Virus record (IMG/VR): IMGVR_UViG_3300021185_002503
Strand: one strand, 5' to 3'
From: an uncultured virus (IMG/VR IMGVR_UViG_3300021185_002503)
Lineage: Duplodnaviria; Heunggongvirae; Uroviricota; Caudoviricetes
Length of the DNA stretch: 64,000 nt
Shown: piece by piece, positions 40,029 to 49,754 of the stretch
Layout of the letters: each line of letters begins with the position of its first letter
How positions within the stretch are numbered: position 1 is the first letter of the stretch
Made by a program: the position numbers and the translations under genes
The notes under the pieces: model-generated
What the model saw: the letters and a program-made list of their open reading frames with translations, nothing else
Told to the model about the DNA's origin: nothing
Database searches by the model: none

Positions 40029-40885
40029 TGGCAAGACATTTAGTAACAGGCGGTTGTGGATTTATTGGTTCACACTTAGTAAAAACATTATTAGATAGTG
40101 GACACGATGTATCAGTATTAGACAATCATTCTACAGGTAATACAAAACACAAAGGTGCTGCATATTTTTATGGCGATGCATTTTGTTTATTTGATATTTG
40201 GAGACATAGAGAAGATAAATTTGAATACATTTGGCATTTAGGAGAATACGCTAGAGTCGAAGCTAGTTTTGAAGATTATGAAAAAGTAATTGAATCTAAT
40301 TATTTAACATTCCCAGCAGTATTACAATTTGCTAAACACCAAAATGCTAAAATAATTTATTCGGGTTCATCTACAAAATTCACTAGAGATAAAGAAGGCT
40401 CAACAATGAGTCCTTATGCATATACAAAAGCAAACAACACAGAGTATCTTAAAAATTATTCTAAATGGTTTGGCCTAGATTATACAATTGTATACTTTTA
40501 TAATGTATATGGAGATAATGAAATTAATGAAGGTAAATATGCAACTGTCATCGGTAAGTATTTGAACCTTATAAGCGAAGGTGCTAAAGAATTACCAGTT
40601 ACAGAACCAGGAATACAAAAAAGAAACTTCACACATATTAGTGATACTATTCATGGATTATTAGAAGCTGGATTAAAAGGTTACGGAGATGATTATGGAA
40701 TTGCATCTGATGAAAGTTATTCAATTTTACAACTAGTAAATATGATGGGCTGTGGTGCAAAAATGGTTCAAGGAAATTCAGCAAATCGTTTAGATGCTGA
40801 TGTTAAAAATGAAAAATTAAAAGACCTAGGTTGGTCGGCTAAAGTTTCAATAAAAGATTATATTAAGGAGAAATTAGATGAATAA
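40028..40885 (+). CDS. NAD-dependent sugar epimerase/dehydratase
   Basis: VTGGCGFIGSHL, SPYAYTK (YxxxK), YNVYG. Confidence 0.9.
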   Translation: MARHLVTGGCGFIGSHLVKTLLDSGHDVSVLDNHSTGNTKHKGAAYFYGDAFCLFDIWRHREDKFEYIWHLGEYARVEASFEDYEKVIESNYLTFPAVLQFAKHQNAKIIYSGSSTKFTRDKEGSTMSPYAYTKANNTEYLKNYSKWFGLDYTIVYFYNVYGDNEINEGKYATVIGKYLNLISEGAKELPVTEPGIQKRNFTHISDTIHGLLEAGLKGYGDDYGIASDESYSILQLVNMMGCGAKMVQGNSANRLDADVKNEKLKDLGWSAKVSIKDYIKEKLDE

Positions 40886-41390
40886 TCCAGACTATGGAAA
40901 AATCTCATTATGGATTGCAGCATTAGTAGTTGCAGTCTTAACATTACCTCATGCATTTGCTACTGAGGAAGAAGAAACTTATGACAGATATTGTATGGCA
41001 CAAAATATTTATTTTGAATCTGCTAATCAATCATTTGCTGGTAAATTGGCTGTAGCACATGTTGTTATAAATAGAATGGAAGATTTACAATTCCCCAATA
41101 CAGTATGTGGTGTAATCTATCAAGCCAAAACATTCACAAATTGGAAAGGCAATGAAGTTCCAATTAGAAATCAGTGTCAGTTTAGCTGGTATTGTGATGG
41201 AAAATCTGATGAACCGGTTGATTCCAAGACTTGGATTAAATCGCTTTATATTGCAGATTTAGCATTGACGGGAAAGTATAAAGATATTACTGAAGGTGCC
41301 TTATGGTATCATGCAGATTACATTCTGCCGTATTGGGCAGACCAACTTGAATATGTGACTCAAATTGATGACCACATATTCTATAAATAG
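40878..41390 (+). CDS. SleB-like cell-wall hydrolase (Hydrolase_2)
   Basis: CMAQNIYFES, VVINR, CQFSWYCDG, GALWYHADY, HIFY; N-terminal TM/signal. Confidence 0.9.
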   Translation: MNNPDYGKISLWIAALVVAVLTLPHAFATEEEETYDRYCMAQNIYFESANQSFAGKLAVAHVVINRMEDLQFPNTVCGVIYQAKTFTNWKGNEVPIRNQCQFSWYCDGKSDEPVDSKTWIKSLYIADLALTGKYKDITEGALWYHADYILPYWADQLEYVTQIDDHIFYK

Positions 41391-41399
41391 GAAAAAATT

Positions 41400-41666
41400 A
41401 TGAAAATGTTAGCAGACAATGTATTAATAGCTGAAGTTGTAGAAGATAAACAAACAGCTGGTGGAATTATATTAACGGAATCAATTGATAAAGCAAGTAA
41501 ACCTGGTTTAGTTCTATCAGTAGGTTCAGGAGCAAATGGCCAATTGAAAAGAGGCCAAAGAGTTTTCCTAGATTGGTCGAAATCTATGCCAGTAAATGTA
41601 GAAGGAAACGCAGCTGTAATAGTTCATTCAGAACATGTTAGAGCAATTATAGGAGAAGAAGAATAA
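41400..41666 (+). CDS. GroES-like co-chaperonin
   Basis: DNVLI, TAGGIIL mobile loop, VLSVG. Confidence 0.8.
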   Translation: MKMLADNVLIAEVVEDKQTAGGIILTESIDKASKPGLVLSVGSGANGQLKRGQRVFLDWSKSMPVNVEGNAAVIVHSEHVRAIIGEEE

Positions 41667-42085
41667 TGTACAGATATAAAGTACACGTTACACGAGTCGT
41701 AGATGGCGATACAGTTGATGTAGATGTCGATTTAGGATTTGGAATGATTTATAAAAAGCAAAGAGTTAGAATGATGGGTATTGATACACCTGAATCTAGG
41801 ACTCGTGATTTAGAAGAAAAATTTTATGGTAAAGCAAGTAAAGCAAATTTAGTTAAAATGTTAGATGGCCAAGAAATACAAATGGTATCACATGATAAAG
41901 GAAAGTTTGGTAGAATACTTGGAGAACTTTTTATTGGAAATAGTTCATATAGTATCAACCAACAACAAATTGATGAATATCATGCAGTGCCGTATCTAGG
42001 TCAATCTAAAGATGATACAAAACAAGGACATCTTTGGAATAGAGAAGCACTTAATGAGCAAGGAATTATTTACGAAAATAATTAA
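41666..42085 (+). CDS. Staphylococcal-nuclease-like protein
   Basis: RVVDGDTVD, RMMGIDTPE, GKFGRILG. Confidence 0.85.
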   Translation: MYRYKVHVTRVVDGDTVDVDVDLGFGMIYKKQRVRMMGIDTPESRTRDLEEKFYGKASKANLVKMLDGQEIQMVSHDKGKFGRILGELFIGNSSYSINQQQIDEYHAVPYLGQSKDDTKQGHLWNREALNEQGIIYENN

Positions 42086-42144
42086 AAAAACCCTGTACAT
42101 TTACGTGAGTTTATGGTATAATACTATTAAATTATGGAGTTATT

Positions 42145-42486
42145 ATGAAAGAATCTTTAAAAGTCCTGCAAGAATGTGCAGAATTACAAACCAAAAAATC
42201 CAACGATTATCAGAATCCTAATTCTAAAATAAGTCAAGCTGATTACTATCCGAATGGTATCACAACCATTCATGATATTATGCATGCCAAAATGCTAAGA
42301 ATGCTATCTGTTATGGAAGCTATGCAATCTGATAACTATCAACCAAACTTCGAATCACTCGAAGACTCAGCTAAAGATTTAATTAACTATTCATCATTCT
42401 TTGTAGCTTACTGCAGAGATGGTATCCCAGGTCAAAATCCAAACAATGATATTTTCAACAGGAGTAAAGATGCATCAGACAGTTAA
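42145..42486 (+). CDS. Nucleotide-modification-associated helical protein (DUF1599/Nmad1-like)
   Basis: KKSNDY...K..R...ESLEDSAKDLINYS; directly upstream of the dCMP hydroxymethylase. Confidence 0.55.
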   Translation: MKESLKVLQECAELQTKKSNDYQNPNSKISQADYYPNGITTIHDIMHAKMLRMLSVMEAMQSDNYQPNFESLEDSAKDLINYSSFFVAYCRDGIPGQNPNNDIFNRSKDASDS

Positions 42487-43162
42487 TGATATTAGGACTC
42501 ATTTTAAAAATGAGCTAGGTAACGAAAATTTTACTATTGATAAAACAGGCCAAAAGACTATTGAACTTATTGGTGCTTCATTTATTGCAGATGAAGATGC
42601 TATCTTTGGTACTCCAAACGCACAGTATATTGAACAAGAAATTGAATGGTATGATTCTGAGTCAACAAACATTTATGATATTAACAGAGGTGTAGATGCT
42701 GTAGGTAACGATATGGAACCACCACAAGCATGGAAATATACTGCAAACAAACATGGCGAAATTAATTCTAATTATGGCTTACTAATTTATGGTGAGAAAT
42801 ACTTTGAACAATATGAAAATGCACTTGAAGAATTAATTAAAAACCCAGACTCTCGCAGAGCATGTATGGTTTACAATCGTCCAAGCATTTGGCTTGAGTA
42901 TAATGAAAATGGTAAAAATGATTTTATTTGTACTAATGCTGTAACATATTATATTCGTGATGGTTACCTAGATTGCGTTATTCAAATGCGTAGTAACGAT
43001 GTTATCTTTGGTTATCGTAATGACTTTGCATGGCAGAAACATGTTAGAGATACAATGGCAAACGAATTAACTTTTAATAATATTGATGTACAAGCTGGTG
43101 ATATTTATTGGCAAGTGCAAAATTTACATGTATATGAGAGGCACTTTGAACTTGTCAAATAA
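42470..43162 (+). CDS. gp42: dCMP hydroxymethylase (T4 gp42-like, thymidylate synthase fold)
   Basis: INSNYG, DFICTN, MRSNDVIFGYRND (Asp at the dCMP-specifying position), LHVYERHF. Confidence 0.85.
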   Translation: MHQTVNDIRTHFKNELGNENFTIDKTGQKTIELIGASFIADEDAIFGTPNAQYIEQEIEWYDSESTNIYDINRGVDAVGNDMEPPQAWKYTANKHGEINSNYGLLIYGEKYFEQYENALEELIKNPDSRRACMVYNRPSIWLEYNENGKNDFICTNAVTYYIRDGYLDCVIQMRSNDVIFGYRNDFAWQKHVRDTMANELTFNNIDVQAGDIYWQVQNLHVYERHFELVK

Positions 43163-43625
43163 ATTTGAATTTGCCCACGTCAAACAGAATAAATGGGATA
43201 AAAGATATATCGGTCTGGCCAAAGAAATTGCTTCTTGGTCAAAAGACCCAAGTAAACAAATTGGTGCAGTAGCAATTGGCGATAAAGGACAAGTACTTGC
43301 TCAAGGTTATAATGGATTTCCTAGAGGTATTGAAGATACTGAACTCAGATATACTGACAGAAGCGAAAAGTATAAGTATGTTGTACATGCAGAAATGAAT
43401 TGTATTTACAACGCAACATTTAACGGAGTTTCACTACAAGGAGCTACTATATATATTTCAGGGCTTCCGGTTTGTAGCGAATGTGCTAAAGGACTAATAC
43501 AAGTCGGAGTCAAAAGAGTCGTTTACGAATGTGGAGACGATGTACCAGATATTTGGAAAGAACATAACGAAACAACTATAGAATTATTAAGTGAGGCAGA
43601 CATTAGTTATGAGCGAATACAGTAA
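43152..43625 (+). CDS. dCMP deaminase (start uncertain)
   Basis: SKDPS, GYNGFPRG, HAEMN, PVCSECAK. Confidence 0.9.
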   Translation: MSNKFEFAHVKQNKWDKRYIGLAKEIASWSKDPSKQIGAVAIGDKGQVLAQGYNGFPRGIEDTELRYTDRSEKYKYVVHAEMNCIYNATFNGVSLQGATIYISGLPVCSECAKGLIQVGVKRVVYECGDDVPDIWKEHNETTIELLSEADISYERIQ

Positions 43626-43905
43626 AGAAGAACTAAAAAATTCAAAACGAATTTACAAATCGGCAACACCCAAGTATACGATTGATTGGTATTTAAAATG
43701 GATTGCATCAGCATTCGTTTTATTTGCTATGTCAATTAGAGGTGTTGAAGGTATGCAAATTTACGACTTATATTTATCTATAATTGGCATATTCTTATGG
43801 ACAATTGTTTCCTTTATTTGGAAAGATAGAGCACTAATCTTATTAAATGGCGTAGGATTAATGTTTTTAATTAATAACCTAGCCAGAACTATATCAGGAG
43901 CATAA
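43609..43905 (+). CDS. Small three-TM membrane protein
   Basis: Hydrophobic helices; WKDRALILLN. Confidence 0.65.
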   Translation: MSEYSKEELKNSKRIYKSATPKYTIDWYLKWIASAFVLFAMSIRGVEGMQIYDLYLSIIGIFLWTIVSFIWKDRALILLNGVGLMFLINNLARTISGA

Positions 43906-44738
43906 TGGAACATTTAATCATTCCCACATTAGGTAGAATCCATAAGCAAAAAACTTATAATAATCTACCTGATAAGTGGAAAGCAAAAGTAAAATTTACT
44001 GTTCAACCGCATGAGGTTGACGAAATGAGAGACATCTATGGCGATAAAGTATTACCATTACCAGAGTCAGTAAAAGGTTTATCACCTACTAGACAATGGA
44101 TTTGGGATGAATTTTATGGCACTAGACACATGGTACTCGATGACGACATGGAGTACTTTAAATATAAAGGCCCAGCACCAGAACATCTAGATACCAAATG
44201 GGAAACTAGAGATATGACAGGAGAAGAGTTTGATGATGCTTTCAATACATTCAATAAATGGATGGACGAAGAGCAAATTTATCATGGCGGATTCTCAACA
44301 TCTTGGGTTGTACCAGATTTAAAATACTGGCCACATCAAAACAATGTAAGGATTATGACTAATTCTTATTTTGATTCTAAAAATTTACCAAGAAATATTG
44401 TGTGGGATAAATTACCTACATCGCAAGATTTCCATGCAAACTTACAGTTGTTAACACAAGGATTTGCAAACAGAATTACAACAAGATATAGAGTTTCTAT
44501 TTCTGCTACAAATGCAAAAGGCGGATGTTCAGAATATCGAACAGTGGAATTAAGTAATGAGGTACACAGAAAACTTGCTGAAATGTACCCAGACTATGTT
44601 TCATTAAAAACAAAAACATTAGCCAATGGTCCATGGAAAGGCGAGGAACGAGTTACTTGCCATATTCAATGGTCAAAGGCATATAAGGATGCAATGAAAG
44701 CAAAGGCATCTAATTCTTTGGAGGAGTTTTTCGGATGA
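43905..44738 (+). CDS. GT-A glycosyltransferase resembling phage DNA (hmC) glycosyltransferases
   Basis: IIPTLGR, TRQWI, VLDDD, QDF..LQLL..G, GGCS..R. Confidence 0.7.
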   Translation: MEHLIIPTLGRIHKQKTYNNLPDKWKAKVKFTVQPHEVDEMRDIYGDKVLPLPESVKGLSPTRQWIWDEFYGTRHMVLDDDMEYFKYKGPAPEHLDTKWETRDMTGEEFDDAFNTFNKWMDEEQIYHGGFSTSWVVPDLKYWPHQNNVRIMTNSYFDSKNLPRNIVWDKLPTSQDFHANLQLLTQGFANRITTRYRVSISATNAKGGCSEYRTVELSNEVHRKLAEMYPDYVSLKTKTLANGPWKGEERVTCHIQWSKAYKDAMKAKASNSLEEFFG

Positions 44739-45949
44739 AACATGCAGGTATAGTTCCACTAATTGGTGGTGAAATTTTGGCTTCAGATGAAGCTTATGGA
44801 AAAACACCAGAATATCTAATGACATATTCTGGATTTATGGGTAATGAAGAACATCTCATTAAGCATTATAAAGATAATAATATTGATGTTCCTTATCATG
44901 TACTAGATGAAAACCCTGGTGTAAAACTGGAAAATGTAGATGTTGTTTCATCTGTATGTCCATGTGCAGGTTTAAGTACTTATCATAATTCTCACGGAGA
45001 GCAAAACGAAAATAATCAGTGGATGGAAAAATCATCTGAGTATGTTTTAAAACAGGTCAGACCAAAAGTACTGTGGGGAGAGAATGCACCAGGTCTGGCT
45101 GGAAAAATAGGTGCATTCATGAGAGAGAAGTTGTACCATCTTGGCCAAGAAAATGGGTACAACTTCTCCATTTATCTTACTAAAAGTTTAAATCATGGCA
45201 GTCCTCAATATCGTAAAAGAACATTTTTCTTCTTTTGGGATAAAGAACATTTCCAAGATAGGATTCCAGTACTTAATTACTTTGATAAAGAAAGACCAAC
45301 TATTCAAGAGTTACTCTTAAATGTAAAAAGTAATTTTCAAACTGAAGTACTAAATAAAAAGATACCAAGTCAAGATGACCCATATTACAAATATATGCTA
45401 GAAGTTGTAAAAGGCGGAATGACTCATGCTGAATATTCTGAATCTGTAGCACATGAAGAAAAATCAGTTACCATTGAGTCTAGGTTAATGAAAATGGGAA
45501 TTAAGCACGGAACAATTGCAGAATGGATGGATGAATATCCAGAGTTTGAAAGAGAAGCTGCAAAAGCTAGACGTAAACATGCAAAATTAGAAGCAGGTGG
45601 AAACATCATGCTAAGAGGTACAATTATTCCAGTGAATTATATTGGAGCATTTGTTGTACATTTACCTAAGGTTGTAGCCCATCCAACTGAAGATAGATAT
45701 CTAAGTATAGCTGAAGCAAAAGCTATTATGGGATTACCAGATAGCTTAGAAGTTATTGACCCAATGAAAAACTATAATCATATATGTCAAAATGTACCAT
45801 TTAAAACAGCTAAGGATATGGCAACTGAAGTAAAAGCAGTGTTAGAAAATAAAAGAGATTTAATTGAAACATCATATTTATTTCAAAACAATTTGGCTAG
45901 AAAAGTAGATTATAAAAGAGATGAAAATAGTTTGGAGGCATTTTTATGA
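44735..45949 (+). CDS. C5-cytosine methyltransferase-fold protein with an atypical motif I
   Basis: PCAGLS (IV), ENAPGL (VI), PQYRKRTF (VIII), RYLSIAEAKAIMGLP (IX), QNVP (X); motif I reads VPLIGG. Confidence 0.75.
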   Translation: MKHAGIVPLIGGEILASDEAYGKTPEYLMTYSGFMGNEEHLIKHYKDNNIDVPYHVLDENPGVKLENVDVVSSVCPCAGLSTYHNSHGEQNENNQWMEKSSEYVLKQVRPKVLWGENAPGLAGKIGAFMREKLYHLGQENGYNFSIYLTKSLNHGSPQYRKRTFFFFWDKEHFQDRIPVLNYFDKERPTIQELLLNVKSNFQTEVLNKKIPSQDDPYYKYMLEVVKGGMTHAEYSESVAHEEKSVTIESRLMKMGIKHGTIAEWMDEYPEFEREAAKARRKHAKLEAGGNIMLRGTIIPVNYIGAFVVHLPKVVAHPTEDRYLSIAEAKAIMGLPDSLEVIDPMKNYNHICQNVPFKTAKDMATEVKAVLENKRDLIETSYLFQNNLARKVDYKRDENSLEAFL

Positions 45950-46716
45950 GTAACGAAGTAGCAGAAGTTACAGGACTAAAAGTAAGAGTCCTATTGACTG
46001 GCACAGCAGGATATCGCAAAGGATTTATTGCTAATTATTTTTTAGATAAATATAAAGATACTTATGATATTACTGAGTACTTAGGAGACATTAGAGATTT
46101 CAACGAAGATTTAACCAAATATGATATGGTGCTTCATTTAGCAGCAATGGCTGGAGTACGAAGGTCGCATGAAATACCACAAGAGTTTTGGGAAGTAAAT
46201 GTTGATGCATCTAAAAAGATTTTTACTGCTTGTGAATTTTATAAAACACCAGTTATATACGCATCATCTTCATCAATTTATGAATGGTGGTTATCTCCCT
46301 ATGCTGCAAGTAAAAAGGCTATGGAATCTATTGCACCTTTAGTTTCATTAGGATTAAGATTTCACACTGTGTATGGACCAAATAGTAGAACAGATATGTT
46401 ATATAGAAACCTAGAAGAAAGAAACGAAAAGATTACATATCTAACAAATCATACAAGAGATTGGACTCATGTAGAAGATGTCTGTAGTGCAATTAATATT
46501 TGTATGAAAAACTATCATAAGTTAGCAAAACATAAAGCAATTGATGTTGGAAACGGTAGACCAGTATCAGTAAAAGAAATGGCAGATAAAATTTGGCCAG
46601 ATAATAATTTACCAATTAAAGAAGTAACGGGTGAAAGACAAGATACATGTGCTAATCCAAAAGAGCTTATGGAACTTGGTTGGAAACCTAAACATTTCAT
46701 TATGGAGGAAAAATGA
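45946..46716 (+). CDS. NAD-dependent sugar epimerase/dehydratase
   Basis: LTGTAG...GFIA, HLAAMAGVR, ASSSS, PYAASK, RDWTHVED. Confidence 0.85.
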   Translation: MSNEVAEVTGLKVRVLLTGTAGYRKGFIANYFLDKYKDTYDITEYLGDIRDFNEDLTKYDMVLHLAAMAGVRRSHEIPQEFWEVNVDASKKIFTACEFYKTPVIYASSSSIYEWWLSPYAASKKAMESIAPLVSLGLRFHTVYGPNSRTDMLYRNLEERNEKITYLTNHTRDWTHVEDVCSAINICMKNYHKLAKHKAIDVGNGRPVSVKEMADKIWPDNNLPIKEVTGERQDTCANPKELMELGWKPKHFIMEEK

Positions 46717-47546
46717 GAATAGCAATTATTGGACACGGCTTTGTAGGAAAAGCTGTTGATTATGGATTTAGTAATCCTGATGTAGAGAAAAAAATACTCG
46801 ACCCAAATTATGGTCATGATGGTATTGACCAACAACAGTTAGTAGATTGGAAACCTCATTTAACTTTTGTTTGTGTACCAACACCTATGCTAGATGATGG
46901 TGATATTGATACAACTATTTTAGATAGTGTAATGGAAAATTTAAAAGAATTAACAAGTATGATTGTAATTAAATCTACTATTACACCAAGTACAATTGAT
47001 AAATACAATCAAGTAAATGTACTATATAACCCAGAATTTTTAACTGAAAAGTCAGCATGTGAACAATTTGTAAATCCAGAGTTTCACATTATCGGCGGAT
47101 TACAAGCTCAAGCTGAGAAACTAGAGTACTATTACGAAACCTTTAGTTTATGTTCACCTTGTCCAGTTTATAAAATGAATAAGGCAGAAGCAAGTTTTGT
47201 AAAATATGCTATTAATTCATTCTTATCTACAAAAGTAACATTCTTTAATCAGCTATACGATGCATGTAATCAATACGGCGATGTAAACTTTAATAAAATT
47301 ATTAAAGCCGTAGGTGCTGACGATAGAGTAAGTATTTCCCATACTAAAGTTCCAGGATATGATGGTAAACAAGGTTATGGCGGAGCATGTTTTCCTAAAG
47401 ATACTTTAGCATTTTCTAAGTTTAGCGATAAGCTGACTCTTTTGGCTAAAGCGATTGAGATTAATAATGAATATAGGTCACAATACGATAGGGACGATAG
47501 AGAAAAAGAGCAAAACATTCAATTTAACCATGTACAAAATGGTTAA
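46713..47546 (+). CDS. UDP-glucose/NDP-sugar 6-dehydrogenase (short form)
   Basis: IGHGFVG, CVPTP, IKST, NPEFL, GYGGACFPKD. Confidence 0.9.
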   Translation: MRIAIIGHGFVGKAVDYGFSNPDVEKKILDPNYGHDGIDQQQLVDWKPHLTFVCVPTPMLDDGDIDTTILDSVMENLKELTSMIVIKSTITPSTIDKYNQVNVLYNPEFLTEKSACEQFVNPEFHIIGGLQAQAEKLEYYYETFSLCSPCPVYKMNKAEASFVKYAINSFLSTKVTFFNQLYDACNQYGDVNFNKIIKAVGADDRVSISHTKVPGYDGKQGYGGACFPKDTLAFSKFSDKLTLLAKAIEINNEYRSQYDRDDREKEQNIQFNHVQNG

Positions 47547-47581
47547 AGTATGGTATAATAACACATTAATAGGAGAAAACT

Positions 47582-48103
47582 ATGTTAACTGTAGGAAATA
47601 AATTCCCTGAATTCAATTTACAGGGTATTTCAAAAGATAACGAATTTATTAGTGTAGATGTAAGTAGCAGCTATGAACCTTTGAAAAAAGATTGGACTGT
47701 AGTTTATTTCTATCCTAAAGATTTTACATTCATTTGTCCAACTGAGATTGCGGCAATGGATGAATTAAACGGTGATGCAAATGTCATCGGAATCAGCGGT
47801 GATAATGAGTTCTGCAAATTAGCTTGGAAAAAAGAAAATGAGTTAATCGGAAGTATTCAGCATCCACTTGCAGCTGATTGTGGCTTAGGTTTAAGCCATG
47901 CACTAGGTATTGTTAATGAAGCAGAAGGCGTTTGCTATAGAGCAACCTTTATCATTGATAAAGACAGTGTTATCCAACACGTGTCAGTCAACGCACTCGA
48001 TACTGGCAGAAATGCACAAGAAGTATTGAGAACACTAAAGGCACTTCAGGCTGGAGGACTAACTGGATGCAGTTGGGAACCAGGGGAGGATTTCGTTGCC
48101 TAA
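47582..48103 (+). CDS. ahpC: 2-Cys peroxiredoxin (AhpC)
   Basis: [24 protein letters not shown]. Confidence 0.92.
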   Translation: MLTVGNKFPEFNLQGISKDNEFISVDVSSSYEPLKKDWTVVYFYPKDFTFICPTEIAAMDELNGDANVIGISGDNEFCKLAWKKENELIGSIQHPLAADCGLGLSHALGIVNEAEGVCYRATFIIDKDSVIQHVSVNALDTGRNAQEVLRTLKALQAGGLTGCSWEPGEDFVA

Positions 48104-48350
48104 AGTAGATTTAACAGCACGGAAGAGACATCCAAGAGACAAAAGGCCAGTTAAGCCAATGCCTTTTGATGTCGCTTTAAGAAAATTTAAAAAACAATGT
48201 GAAAGAGCAGGTATTGTTCAAGAAGTTCGCGAAAGAGAATTTTATGAAAAACCAGCACAGAAGCGTAGAAGAAAGAAAAAAGAAGCCGTAGCAAGATGGC
48301 GTAAGACTGAAAGGCAAAATATGCCTGGTTCAAATAGGAGAAGAAAATAA
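48096..48350 (+). CDS. rpsU: Ribosomal protein bS21
   Basis: [34 protein letters not shown] start with GGAGG. Confidence 0.9.
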   Translation: MPKVDLTARKRHPRDKRPVKPMPFDVALRKFKKQCERAGIVQEVREREFYEKPAQKRRRKKKEAVARWRKTERQNMPGSNRRRK

Positions 48351-49411
48351 TGTCAGTAATGGATAAATTAAAAAAGAATAGTAGAATTAAAGAAACACAA
48401 ATTCTACAAGATTCACATTTCTTTACAGAAAAGGATATGGTTACAACACCAGTTCCAATGGTCAATGTTGCTTTATCAGGCGATATTGATGGAGGATTAT
48501 CATCAGGACTTACAGTTCTAGCTGGTCCAAGTAAACATTTTAAAACATCATTTGCTTTACTTATGGCAGCTGCTTATCTAAAAGAACATGATGATGCTGT
48601 ATTATTATTTTACGATTCAGAGTTTGGTTCACCACAATCATACTTTGAAGCATTCGGTATTGATACATCTAGAGTTTTACATACTCCAATTACTGATGTT
48701 GAAGAACTCAAATTTGATATTGTAAACCAATTAGATAACATCGAACGTAAAGATAATGTTATTGTTGTTATCGATTCTATTGGTAACCTTGCTTCTAAGA
48801 AAGAATTGCAAGATGCTAAAGATGAAAAATCAGTTGCAGATATGTCAAGAGCTAAAGCACTTAAAGGCTTATTCAGAATGGTTACACCTTACTTAACTAT
48901 GAAGAATATTCCATTGCTTGCTGTAAACCATACTTATCAAGAGATTGGTTTATTCCCTAAAGCAATTGTTTCAGGCGGAACGGGTATCTATTACTCAGCT
49001 GATAACATTTGGATTATTGGAAGACAACAGCAGAAAAAGTCAGGAGAAATCAAAGGCTATAACTTTGTGATTAATGTTGAGAAATCTAGGTTTGTAAAAG
49101 AAAAATCTAAGATTCCAGTATCAGTTACATGGGAAGGTGGTATTTCAGAATATGGCGGAATGCTCGATGTTGCCATGGCAGGTGGCTATGTTGTAAAACC
49201 AAATGTTGGTTGGTATGCTAGAGTTGATAGAGAAACTGGTGAAATTGTTGAACCAAAAGTTAGAGAAAAAGATACACTAACTGAAGAGTTTTGGAAACCA
49301 ATTTTAGAAGGCACAGACTTTAAAGAGTTTGTTAGAACATACTATTCAATAGGTCATAAACCATTACTTGATGTAGAAATTGACCCAGACAACACTGTAC
49401 AAGAGGACTAA
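48350..49411 (+). CDS. uvsX: RecA-like recombinase UvsX
   Basis: AGPSKHFKT, YDSEFG, DSIGNLAS, SGGTG. Confidence 0.95.
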   Translation: MSVMDKLKKNSRIKETQILQDSHFFTEKDMVTTPVPMVNVALSGDIDGGLSSGLTVLAGPSKHFKTSFALLMAAAYLKEHDDAVLLFYDSEFGSPQSYFEAFGIDTSRVLHTPITDVEELKFDIVNQLDNIERKDNVIVVIDSIGNLASKKELQDAKDEKSVADMSRAKALKGLFRMVTPYLTMKNIPLLAVNHTYQEIGLFPKAIVSGGTGIYYSADNIWIIGRQQQKKSGEIKGYNFVINVEKSRFVKEKSKIPVSVTWEGGISEYGGMLDVAMAGGYVVKPNVGWYARVDRETGEIVEPKVREKDTLTEEFWKPILEGTDFKEFVRTYYSIGHKPLLDVEIDPDNTVQED

Positions 49412-49451
49412 AATAGTGTATAATGGTAGTATAGATTCTGGAACATTTACA

Positions 49452-49754
49452 ATGGTCGAACATCCAGGTTCTGAGTTTTATGGAATTAAAATTCAAAAAG
49501 GAAAGTATGCAGATGTTATCGTAACTTATGGTGCAGTCTCAGTAAAAGAAGACCCAGCCAACGATACTGCAAAACTTTCCTTTAATTGGAACCTTACTGA
49601 CCCAGGAGAATTTGAACCAGATGACTTATTAAAGAATGAAGAATTTCAACATTATTTAGGCGATTTACTACAATATATAATTACGGATTCATTAGAGAAC
49701 AGAGAGGCAAAGATTGGAACTGCAGACACACATCCTAAATCAACTGATAAATAA
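49452..49754 (+). CDS. Hypothetical protein upstream of the helicase (start uncertain)
   Basis: Open frame downstream of the promoter at 49396. Confidence 0.55.
   Translation: MVEHPGSEFYGIKIQKGKYADVIVTYGAVSVKEDPANDTAKLSFNWNLTDPGEFEPDDLLKNEEFQHYLGDLLQYIITDSLENREAKIGTADTHPKSTDK

Noticed and set aside
42470..43162. Ordinary thymidylate synthase
   Set aside because: It has DFICTN and RND (Asp) as in T4 gp42 rather than the ThyA PCH/Asn signature
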